A stretch of 64,000 nucleotides of DNA from a virus, in IMG/VR virus record IMGVR_UViG_3300028388_001808, positions 29,734-93,733 of that record; one strand, 5' to 3'. The notes below the pieces were generated by a model, which ran no database searches, was not told the origin of the DNA, and saw only the letters and a list, made by a program, of their open reading frames with translations. A program made the translations under genes and the position numbers. Positions 1-8,380 of the stretch are shown one piece after another; position 1 is the first letter of the stretch, and every line of letters starts with the position of its first letter.

Positions 1-565
1 TGAGAATATTTCGATTAGAGTCAAACGCCAAGTCCAGTGTTACTGTAGTGGTGTCACCACCAGGAAAGATAAGAAATATAGTGTCTCCATTAGCATAAGC
101 CGTATCTAAGGCGAAGTTATAAATTAGACTGTCTAGCATCAGCCAGTTATCAGTCATCATCTGGCTTTCTTGTTGTTCTGTTATGTAGTTGCTTCCGTTA
201 GGTGGTATGATGTTAAGTTTCAGGTTTTCAGAAGGCGCGTACAGCGCACCTCTACCTTCGAATGGTTTTGCAGTTCCTCCGATATTAGATACGTCTACAC
301 GCACGATAAAACCAGAAACTACTATAGAGTCATCTTCTATACGATACTTGTTTCCATAAGAATCGAATAATATGTATCCAACCTGTATACTGTCGATTGA
401 ATAAGTAGAAGACCCGACCAATGCCAAATTACCCTGCCAGTCTGCTGTGCCTGTAGCAGTAAATGTGCCTATAGCAACATTAAGATTATACTGTGTTTTC
501 GTAGAATCTTGCGAGAAAACTGACAGTGGAAGTAACAGGGCGATGATCCAAATTAGAGTACGCAT
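1..565 (-). CDS. Partial CDS (runs off the window edge); late-module protein with a Sec-type signal peptide
   Basis: ATG at 565-563 reads MRTLIWIIALLLPLSVFSQDSTKTQYNLN...; the frame was read open by eye for the first ~75 codons. It is absent from the ORF track, consistent with no stop inside the window. Confidence 0.7.
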   Translation of the reverse strand, partial: MRTLIWIIALLLPLSVFSQDSTKTQYNLNVAIGTFTATGTADWQGNLALVGSSTYSIDSIQVGYILFDSYGNKYRIEDDSIVVSGFIVRVDVSNIGGTAKPFEGRGALYAPSENLKLNIIPPNGSNYITEQQESQMMTDNWLMLDSLIYNFALDTAYANGDTIFLIFPGGDTTTVTLDLAFDSNRNIL

Positions 566-575
566 ATTTATTCTT

Positions 576-1781
576 TTAAAGAAACGCCAAATTAACAGTT
601 CCTTGAATATCGGCATTAGCTGACAGCGGAGTAGCACATAGTACAATCTCGTCAGGTACTCCTGCTACAGTACTTCCTGGATAGAGCAAGTTACTGTAAG
701 TGCTTTTACTTCCAGCACCTCCACCAGCACCTCCGCTTGGAACCAGATCACCTATGATCGGATATCCTCCTGTAACAGTATTTGCGGTTGCTCCATAGGC
801 AGCCTGTATAGGAGCATTCGCTACATCTGAGTAAGTAAACGTATCCGCTACTGTAGGATTTAGCAGTAACGCCCAACGAAAAGCACCTGATTGTTCATTG
901 ATTACAGAGAGAGAAAGCACCTTAACTACGTTATCAAGGTGAGTAGATTTCAATTTATAACCAACTACAGCGTAAGTCGTATTAGCATCGTTAGCGTCTA
1001 CGTGAGTAGGAACAGTAGTAAGTTCTCTTGTATGACCGACGAGTTCTATACCACCCTCAGAAGACACAGATGAACAGATACATTCCAAGTCTGCTGCTGG
1101 ACCTGTTCCGTCATTCTCTATTTCATAACGAATAGGAAGGTTTGGTGTAGTCATATAAACACCAGCAGCACTGTTAGCATGGTTCCATTGTAGTACATAA
1201 GTAGGCTGTCCGTTATTGATGAAGCCTACACGAATAGAACCTACTCCTAACCATTCGAAATCAATTTCTATGATTAAAGAGTTTTCAGGATTCAAGTATA
1301 AATCTCTAAAAAGATTCCACTCTGCTTGCTGCTTCACCTCATCTACGGCAGAACCTGTAGTGTAACTTCTACGTTTGATGCTGATATCTGTATCCGTAAT
1401 GTCTACAAAAATGCCATTTTTGTCATCAAAGTAGCCTACTTTTCGTGAAATGCCAGCAACAGGCGTACCAAACGTTGTTGTAGCAAATACCTGATGCGAC
1501 TTTGCCGACTGATAGTCAAACCGCTGCTTGCTTTGACGTACTCTACGACCAGCCGTAGCATCGGAAACAGAAAGCGTAACGCTGGATTTGTTAATATTAT
1601 AGGTAGAATCTGTACCTCCGCCACTAACTTCTACATCATCCCACAAAATAGCGCGATTGTCTCCAAGTAGTTTTGATCCCCATTGTGTATAAGGTTGAGA
1701 AACGCGCTCTCTGCCAAATGCGTCTTTAGTGAAGTCTCCAAAATAAGGCGGAACATACGAAGCAGTCGACTGTGTAGACAT
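576..1781 (-). CDS. Putative virion structural protein (beta-rich, lectin/concanavalin-like)
   Basis: 401 aa; DAFGR-x-RVS, GYFDDKNG and IDFEWLGVG motifs recalled from phage virion proteins; lies in the structural operon. Confidence 0.6.
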   Translation of the reverse strand: MSTQSTASYVPPYFGDFTKDAFGRERVSQPYTQWGSKLLGDNRAILWDDVEVSGGGTDSTYNINKSSVTLSVSDATAGRRVRQSKQRFDYQSAKSHQVFATTTFGTPVAGISRKVGYFDDKNGIFVDITDTDISIKRRSYTTGSAVDEVKQQAEWNLFRDLYLNPENSLIIEIDFEWLGVGSIRVGFINNGQPTYVLQWNHANSAAGVYMTTPNLPIRYEIENDGTGPAADLECICSSVSSEGGIELVGHTRELTTVPTHVDANDANTTYAVVGYKLKSTHLDNVVKVLSLSVINEQSGAFRWALLLNPTVADTFTYSDVANAPIQAAYGATANTVTGGYPIIGDLVPSGGAGGGAGSKSTYSNLLYPGSTVAGVPDEIVLCATPLSANADIQGTVNLAFL

Positions 1782-1785
1782 AATA

Positions 1786-2298
1786 TTAAAGTTGGCCCAT
1801 AATCTCCCAATTACCTGACAAACCTGTTACCAGACTTACACAAGTACCGGGAGTGGTGATTTGATAATGATAAACATCAAAAATTCCAGCATCGTGAGGA
1901 CGCTGCATAAAAGGATCGGAGCCTATAACGTTTCTACTGACAGGGGTTAAAAACGGATGAAAGCTATCCGTATTATCGTTCTGGAAATCTTTAACCGTTG
2001 CTGTCGCTCCTTTACCGCCTACTATTGTAATCGTTAGTTCGTTTCCATTCAGATAACTTGAGTCGCCTCTTAAACGAAAAGAGATCAGATTGATTGTAGC
2101 TGGTACATCAATCTGAACTCCTCCGCTAACCTTTGTGCATTCTATTCCTTCGCCGTCTGCAAATACGATACATCCGTTTCCGGCATCATACCTCCGTAAA
2201 GCGGTATCATCCAGTCTGTCATCAAGTTTATCCAACTCACAAACGAGTATGTTTCCTGTGACGACTGGTATATCACGTAAAGGCATTCCTTTAAACAT
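1786..2298 (-). CDS. Hypothetical late protein
   Basis: 170-aa ORF, tightly packed in the operon. Confidence 0.65.
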   Translation of the reverse strand: MFKGMPLRDIPVVTGNILVCELDKLDDRLDDTALRRYDAGNGCIVFADGEGIECTKVSGGVQIDVPATINLISFRLRGDSSYLNGNELTITIVGGKGATATVKDFQNDNTDSFHPFLTPVSRNVIGSDPFMQRPHDAGIFDVYHYQITTPGTCVSLVTGLSGNWEIMGQL

Positions 2299-2326
2299 AG
2301 CAGAACTTTAAGGAATAAAGAAAGTA

Positions 2327-2363
2327 GTGAGGAGACTGTACAAAGGCAACCAGTCTCCTCATG
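2327..2363 (-). terminator. Probable intrinsic terminator hairpin
   Basis: GTGAGGAGACTG...CAGTCTCCTCAT inverted repeat followed by a T-rich run on the minus strand. Confidence 0.55.
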
Positions 2364-2368
2364 AATCT

Positions 2369-2758
2369 TCAAAGCTTTATCATCAACTCGCCCGTAGCTT
2401 GCTTGTATACCATTCCTGCTGTAAGTCCGCCTGCACCAGCAGCAGCGTCGTCTGCATAGGTAGGAATGGCAGCAAGAGTGAGTACCAAGTTATCTGTAGG
2501 AGTGAGTGTGATATTCGTAGGAGACGTAACGACTATCTCACCAGTACCACCAGCATCGATAGTAACATCATCACCAGCATTGATGTCAACAGCTCCAGCA
2601 GTTGCTGTGATGTCAACTTCACCCGTAGCTGCTGTAATTCCAAAAGAGTCTACAGCAAAAACAGGATTTACCGATGTATTGTCAATGTCTCCGAAGTAAC
2701 GTTCAATGAAGTTTTGAATCTTTTTGATCCAGGACTTCATTCTATAAAGTGACCACAT
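2369..2758 (-). CDS. Small virion/decoration-like protein
   Basis: 129 aa with Ala/Thr/Gly beta-repeats and a C-terminal PTYADDAAAGAGGLTAG motif, as in Bacteroidota phage fibre/decoration proteins. Confidence 0.6.
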   Translation of the reverse strand: MWSLYRMKSWIKKIQNFIERYFGDIDNTSVNPVFAVDSFGITAATGEVDITATAGAVDINAGDDVTIDAGGTGEIVVTSPTNITLTPTDNLVLTLAAIPTYADDAAAGAGGLTAGMVYKQATGELMIKL

Positions 2759-2795
2759 ATTTCAAATTTTAAAAGGTTAAGAAATAAGGTTCACT

Positions 2796-3893
2796 TTAAT
2801 CACCACAGCAAGAAGCTACATCATTAGCTACAGCAGGCATGCCACTTGCAGCAGCAAGCGCATCTACTACAGCAGCAAACGAAACGTCTCCACCACATTC
2901 TGCAAGAATAGTCGTATTCAATGTATCCGTGAAGGTCTGGAAACCAGATGCGTGGACATCATCGTACGTCAGGTGGAACGTGTTGTAGTTCTTGGTTTTG
3001 TCGATAAGATTTGAAACCGGAGAAGGTCCAAAAATAGGACCGCTTTCGTACTGACGATACGGACCGGGACGACCATTCCAGCCACCTGCGGTATATTCGT
3101 CAAAAGCAGCATCGTAGCCCGAAGTTTCTTCGAAGATCAATTCCTGGAAAGTGCTGGTAGTCAGCGGACAAGTCCAACCGATAGTACTTACCGAGAAGTT
3201 CAAACCGTTCGGTTCGATATAATCTTCGTTGATCTGGCAATACGAAGTCTGTGCTTCGAAAGAACCCGTCAGGTGCAGATCAGGACATACGTCCGGATTC
3301 GCAGCTACCCATACAGCCAGATCATCGATCAGAGCGTCATTAGACGGATCGTGAAGCGTAGCCGTTACCAGAGCATCCGGGTCTGCGTTAATGTCGTCAC
3401 GAAGCTGATCAAGCAGCGTGTAGCAAGGAGCTTCGGTACAACCGTCACAGCAGTCACCACAACAGTCGGTTTTTGTGATGTAGGTTTTCACCAGATCGTT
3501 AAAACCAAAGTTGGTTCCGATACGAGTGTTGTAAAGGTGAACCTTGATACCATAGTCGTTGGTGCAACAGCCGTTTTTGAAACCAGTGACTTTGACGATT
3601 TTCTCTTGACGAGTTACCCCACAGGAACCTTCCCATGCAATGACTTTCGTCTTTGCGATGTGGTCGCCCGCACTTTTCAGATAATCATCAACAGTACCAT
3701 CTCCATCATAGTCTACAGCTACGGCAAGGTAGAACCGGGATACGGTAGCTACTTGAGTTGCGTCAATCGACGTATTGGTATCCGCGTTGAAAATACCAAG
3801 TTGCCCTACAGCAAGATCAGCAAGGTTTTTATCCTTTGCCAGAACTGCCGTATCAGCAATTGGAAGAACGGAAAATACATGATTGTTGCGCAT
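2796..3893 (-). CDS. crAss-like auxiliary capsid / structural protein (Cys-rich)
   Basis: 365 aa; lies downstream of the MCP and ring genes as in crAss-like gene order; codon bias similar to the MCP. Confidence 0.6.
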   Translation of the reverse strand: MRNNHVFSVLPIADTAVLAKDKNLADLAVGQLGIFNADTNTSIDATQVATVSRFYLAVAVDYDGDGTVDDYLKSAGDHIAKTKVIAWEGSCGVTRQEKIVKVTGFKNGCCTNDYGIKVHLYNTRIGTNFGFNDLVKTYITKTDCCGDCCDGCTEAPCYTLLDQLRDDINADPDALVTATLHDPSNDALIDDLAVWVAANPDVCPDLHLTGSFEAQTSYCQINEDYIEPNGLNFSVSTIGWTCPLTTSTFQELIFEETSGYDAAFDEYTAGGWNGRPGPYRQYESGPIFGPSPVSNLIDKTKNYNTFHLTYDDVHASGFQTFTDTLNTTILAECGGDVSFAAVVDALAAASGMPAVANDVASCCGD

Positions 3894-3906
3894 AGCAATT
3901 CAAATT

Positions 3907-4614
3907 TTATTGAATAGATAATTGATAGTTAGCTTGTTTTACTTGGTAATCAGGCATTTGCAAATCACCAGATAACAATAACGCTGCCAGTCTTACGATC
4001 TCTATATGCGTATGATCAGGCAAATCGCAATCTTGACTTCCAGTTAAAACAACTCCGCCTCCCGTTGTATACGTACCATCGCCATAGTCTTGAGCGTTGT
4101 GTATGTATGCAGGTTGTTTGAGATATGTCAATCTGGTAGTACTCACGATGAATGATCCATTGTGTAAAAAACTCAACCCTTTATCAGTAAGTCTTACATT
4201 CAGGACCTGCCAGTTAAAGTTAGATACACTAAGTTCATCATTTTCATCGTCGTCAAGATCAACATACGTACAAAGTACATTCTTTGTACACTCTCCTTTC
4301 TTTATGTCTGACCTGCATTTTGCGTAAAATAAAAAATCTTCAGGCAGCGTCAGCGTAGAAGAAAGACCGTCAGAATCAGGAATGGGAGTACTATTGTACT
4401 CCCTTACCAGTGTTCGTATATCGTGGATACTTCTTCCAGAAGATTCGTAACCAAGTTGCCTAGCTATTCTAGGCTGCGTTACGAATTTCACAAAAGTAAT
4501 GACCGCATCATTCAAGGCAGAATCCAGTGCAGGAATCCTAAGATTCTCATACTTTCTGGAATCAACTTTGTTCAGTACAGAACGTAAACGAACGATCATT
4601 TCTCGTGCTGTCAT
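3907..4614 (-). CDS. crAss-like tail ring/neck protein
   Basis: MTAREM...LNKVDS start and CDLPDHTHIEIVRLA end, typical of crAss ring proteins; synteny. Confidence 0.65.
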   Translation of the reverse strand: MTAREMIVRLRSVLNKVDSRKYENLRIPALDSALNDAVITFVKFVTQPRIARQLGYESSGRSIHDIRTLVREYNSTPIPDSDGLSSTLTLPEDFLFYAKCRSDIKKGECTKNVLCTYVDLDDDENDELSVSNFNWQVLNVRLTDKGLSFLHNGSFIVSTTRLTYLKQPAYIHNAQDYGDGTYTTGGGVVLTGSQDCDLPDHTHIEIVRLAALLLSGDLQMPDYQVKQANYQLSIQ

Positions 4615-5564
4615 TCTTCAGAAGTTTTCCTTGTTTTCCTCGTTTTTTTTGGAGGTGTGTCCTCTTCAACATCTTCTACTACCTCTTTCAAAGATACAGT
4701 TTTTGCAGCTTCTATAGGAGTAGCGTCTGCTGGTTTTGAGGAACCCTCTTCAATTTTTTCCATGATCGCCAACTTGATCTGCTGATTGGTCGGATTTAGG
4801 AAGTAAGTTACAGCGTCTTCAAAGTCATATCCGATCATACTGTCGAGATACATGATCGCAGGACCATCGTGACGAAGTACAAACTTCTCAAGACCTCTAA
4901 CAATCATAGATCGAGTAGTCTTTTCTTTATCACTCATGTTTAGATAACGCAGAAGTTTTGCAATGTTTGGTTCTTCTACATCACCTTCTATGATCTTGGC
5001 AAATTCCAGATCAAGAGAATCTGCGTTATGACCTTTACCAGACCTGCTTGTAACCGCTTCAAAAAGCGTACGTTTCTGTTCTGTACTCAGAGGAGACAGT
5101 GCGACATAGGCTTTCTGCTTCAATTGTACTTTGCTTGCCTTCAGTGCAGCATTTTGACGCTCGTCGTAAATAACGTGAGTAGCGTCTGGCCACAAACCTT
5201 TTTCCCATTCTTCAATGGAGTTTGCCACATAGCGACTGGCAAGCATATTTTTCCACTTGACAAAATCACGTGGATTGTTCGGATTCAGAAGTGTCGTTCT
5301 GTTAGGAAGACGTAACCAGGAAGCCGGACTGCTCCAATAAGGATGAGGCTTCTCCGGATCAAACTTTCTGGAAAGGTCTACTCCCAAAAGATTTGAATAC
5401 TTTTCTTCCTCTTCAGGAGTCAATCCAGTTGCGTATCCTCCAATATCCGGATCGTAAAGAACTTCATATTTCTTTTCAGAACCGAAGTCACGGTCTTCCG
5501 GACCCCACCATTCAGGACGTTTACCGTTAAACGGTACAGGTCTAATCTCAATGAACTCTTGCAT
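4611..5564 (-). CDS. Conserved crAss-like protein downstream of MCP
   Basis: 317 aa; GYATGLT-x-EEE and NPxD motifs; synteny. Confidence 0.6.
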   Translation of the reverse strand: MQEFIEIRPVPFNGKRPEWWGPEDRDFGSEKKYEVLYDPDIGGYATGLTPEEEEKYSNLLGVDLSRKFDPEKPHPYWSSPASWLRLPNRTTLLNPNNPRDFVKWKNMLASRYVANSIEEWEKGLWPDATHVIYDERQNAALKASKVQLKQKAYVALSPLSTEQKRTLFEAVTSRSGKGHNADSLDLEFAKIIEGDVEEPNIAKLLRYLNMSDKEKTTRSMIVRGLEKFVLRHDGPAIMYLDSMIGYDFEDAVTYFLNPTNQQIKLAIMEKIEEGSSKPADATPIEAAKTVSLKEVVEDVEEDTPPKKTRKTRKTSEE

Positions 5565-5624
5565 GTGCTGTTATTTGTTGTGTATTGTTTATAAAATGCT
5601 GACTGTTTTTTTGTTCTGAAGAAG

Positions 5625-5651
5625 ACTTATGGGGGACAAGCCCCCACAAGT
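5625..5651 (-). terminator. Hairpin/terminator after MCP
   Basis: ACTTATGGGGG-ACAAG-CCCCCACAAGT inverted repeat directly downstream of the MCP stop. Confidence 0.55.
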
Positions 5652-5687
5652 TTCTTACAACAGAACACAACAGTAGAACAGTACAGC

Positions 5688-7142
5688 TTACGAATTACGT
5701 TGCAGAATCAATTCACCACAACGGCTCGTATCTTCGATATGTACACCACAGCGATCAACTACGTGCATTTCGTAGTAGTCACCACTATGCGACATGCCTT
5801 TGTTGTTTACAGGTCCATAAGGAGTCTGCAAACCATGTACGTAACCGAGTTTGAATTCATTCTTTTTCTTCATGAGTTTCACGTTGCTCGAAACACCCTC
5901 ACCAGAGAAGTCGAGGAACGTATAACGCATGGATTCAGTCGGATAACCCGTAACCGGATCAATTTCAAAGTTGATTTCCCGATCATCATACAGAGGCAGG
6001 TGAATCAGTCGCAGAGACGAACCATTAGCCATTTTGTATTTGATGAACTGGAAGCCGTAACTCTTGGCATTGGTGTGGTACGGAGACTTATCATCCTGGA
6101 TGAAGTAGCTGTCTACGGTGATGAAACCTTTCTTCGAGAGTTCATCAGTGATGGCACGATGGAATTGAATCATACCGTATTCACCCGTAAAGGCTACCAT
6201 TTCACGCTTCGAACCGGGAGATACGCGATTGTAGAATACATCCATGAGGTATTCTTCGATCAGACGAGCCGTCAGGTGGCTGTAGCGGTGGATGTGTGAT
6301 TTTTCAAGAAGTTCCTGAACACCAGGACCGGAGTAGATCGGACGACCGTTTGCACCAAGTACAGTAGACGTACTGCGGCTGTACCAGTAACCCCTTTCGA
6401 GTTCACGATACCATTGTTCCCAGTATTCTACTTCAGCATACTTGACCCACGTATCGTGCATCTTTCCTTTGCTGTCAGGAATCTTCACAGCGAGTACTTC
6501 GTTTGCAGCATCACCAGTTACCTGATACTCCTTACGATAGCGCGACATGCGGCTACCAAGAGTCATCGGCAGACTGTACTGAGTGCTACCAGACTGTTGA
6601 CCAGCTTCTTCATACTGGCTGAACAGTTTAGCCCACTGCGTACCTGCTTTGAAGTACTTGAGAGGAATGTAAAAGTCGATTGCATCGTTCATCGGACGGA
6701 CTTTGTAAATCCAGCCGTTTCCATGACGACGCGGATGGTCCTGAATACGGACCTGATACTTTTTGTCGGAAGTACCTGGGTGCATGATATCACCTGGCTT
6801 GTACCAGTTGGTATCCCACTTCATTTCGATAACGGTACGACCCACACCGGGTTGCGTTACTCCAGCAGGAGTAATATCTTCCAGAATCACTGCGGGACGA
6901 GTGTTTGCTGTACGCAAATCCCACTCCCAATGACTCTTACCGATAGTCTCCATTTTGCCTGTCATGCCCAATACAGCAGATAGCGGATTGTCGCTATAAC
7001 GGTACGCAGTGAAAAGCTTCATCATCGTACCCTGCAATCGTTCAGGCTTGGCAATCAGAGCCGCCCCAAGGTGGTTCATTTCCGTCATGTTAGCGTGCCA
7101 AGGCATCTTACGAATGACGAGATTTGATTGAACAGCAGCCAT
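5688..7142 (-). CDS. Major capsid protein (crAss-like)
   Basis: 484 aa; TEMNHLG and GRPIYSGPG motifs; terminase-portal-scaffold-MCP order; strong codon bias. Confidence 0.85.
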   Translation of the reverse strand: MAAVQSNLVIRKMPWHANMTEMNHLGAALIAKPERLQGTMMKLFTAYRYSDNPLSAVLGMTGKMETIGKSHWEWDLRTANTRPAVILEDITPAGVTQPGVGRTVIEMKWDTNWYKPGDIMHPGTSDKKYQVRIQDHPRRHGNGWIYKVRPMNDAIDFYIPLKYFKAGTQWAKLFSQYEEAGQQSGSTQYSLPMTLGSRMSRYRKEYQVTGDAANEVLAVKIPDSKGKMHDTWVKYAEVEYWEQWYRELERGYWYSRSTSTVLGANGRPIYSGPGVQELLEKSHIHRYSHLTARLIEEYLMDVFYNRVSPGSKREMVAFTGEYGMIQFHRAITDELSKKGFITVDSYFIQDDKSPYHTNAKSYGFQFIKYKMANGSSLRLIHLPLYDDREINFEIDPVTGYPTESMRYTFLDFSGEGVSSNVKLMKKKNEFKLGYVHGLQTPYGPVNNKGMSHSGDYYEMHVVDRCGVHIEDTSRCGELILQRNS

Positions 7143-7161
7143 TTTTGATTTATGTTAAAAG

Positions 7162-8307
7162 TTAAAAGAAATCAGCCAGTCGCTTCTTTTCACCAGTATC
7201 TGTTTCAGACCTTCTGGTTGTCAAGCTTTTACGTGCTTTTCTTGTCTTTGAAGTAATCACTGCGTTTTTCAGGTTACTCAACTCCAGGTCTTCACGTACG
7301 AGCTTTGCAAGAAGCATCAATTTTTCAGGATCGCGGTAAACCTCTTGTAAATCTTTAGCGAACTGACTGACTTTTTCACCCTTACTGGCAGGGGCTAAAA
7401 CATAGTCAGGCAAGCTGGTATCGGATTTACCCAGTTTAACATTCGAAGCTTTACCACTACGTACAATGTCTTGTAGTGCCTTGTACGTATTCTTTCTATT
7501 TTCTGCGGCAGTGCGCCTCAGTTCTTCTTGACGTTCTAGCAGAGCAGCCTTTTCAGCCTTCTCTTTCTCTACGAGCTTGTTGTGATATTTCTTGGCTCTG
7601 CTTTCCAGCTTACCAAGCTCTATCAGCGTTTCAATCTCATCTTCAGCTTCATCCTCTGTGAATCCTTCCTCTTTAAGCTTTGCACGAAGCACAGCTTTCT
7701 GAGCAGATTCCTTCGTGATGTCCATGCTTTCGTAGTCTCCAGACTTACTATAGGTCTGTATGAAATCGGAGGTCTTGCCTCCATTTCGTTTGAACATCAA
7801 GAACTGACGAGCGTCATCATCCAGTTCATCCTGAAAGAATGTGGATAGTGCTTCATCGACACGTTTTTCAATTTTCGACTCTACTCTTTCGTAGAAGTCA
7901 TCTACATCTTTGATTGGTTCTTCGTCTTCTTCTTTATCGAAGATACCTTCTTCGAGAAGGTTGTCATAAAGGTTCGAGTAGACGTCTTTTTCTGATCCAC
8001 CTGTTTCCTTTTCAGGTTCATCATCTTCGTCTTCGTCACCTTCGTCTTCATCGTCACTAGTTTCAGTCTCTTTTGAATCGTCTTTGCTGTCTTCGGTATC
8101 CTCAGAACCATCACTAAAATCATCTTCAGAACCTTCGTCAGAGCCGTCATCTTCAGAACCCTCTTCAAAAAACTTGAAGTTGTCGTCTTCTTCAGGCTCT
8201 TCTTTTTCTCGTTTGTCAGCAAGAACGTCAATCTCATCCAGTGACGATCCAGGAACTTCAGAACTAGCATCCCATTCAAAACCTAGTGTTCCGCTATTGT
8301 CTTCCAT
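7162..8307 (-). CDS. Acidic scaffolding-like protein
   Basis: Very D/E-rich N-terminus and coiled coil; lies between portal and MCP. Confidence 0.7.
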   Translation of the reverse strand: MEDNSGTLGFEWDASSEVPGSSLDEIDVLADKREKEEPEEDDNFKFFEEGSEDDGSDEGSEDDFSDGSEDTEDSKDDSKETETSDDEDEGDEDEDDEPEKETGGSEKDVYSNLYDNLLEEGIFDKEEDEEPIKDVDDFYERVESKIEKRVDEALSTFFQDELDDDARQFLMFKRNGGKTSDFIQTYSKSGDYESMDITKESAQKAVLRAKLKEEGFTEDEAEDEIETLIELGKLESRAKKYHNKLVEKEKAEKAALLERQEELRRTAAENRKNTYKALQDIVRSGKASNVKLGKSDTSLPDYVLAPASKGEKVSQFAKDLQEVYRDPEKLMLLAKLVREDLELSNLKNAVITSKTRKARKSLTTRRSETDTGEKKRLADFF

Positions 8308-8334
8308 ACAAAGTTAAATTTAAAAGTGTACAAA
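8307..8334 (-). promoter_or_regulatory. Bacteroidota-type promoter (TTTGTA-N12-TAACTTTGTA)
   Basis: TAACTTTG (-7 box consensus TAnnTTTG) at 8316-8309, with TTTG at 8334-8331. Confidence 0.5.
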
Positions 8335-8380
8335 TGTAAATTAAGCTGCTGTATTCTGTATTAGAAAGTCCTACATAGCA

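Noticed and set aside
3273-6983. Long plus-strand ORFs antisense to capsid genes (also 18622-19311, 26880-27422 and 36257-36904 on the minus strand)
   Set aside because: They are shadow ORFs caused by codon bias of the real genes on the opposite strand and carry no recognisable motifs.
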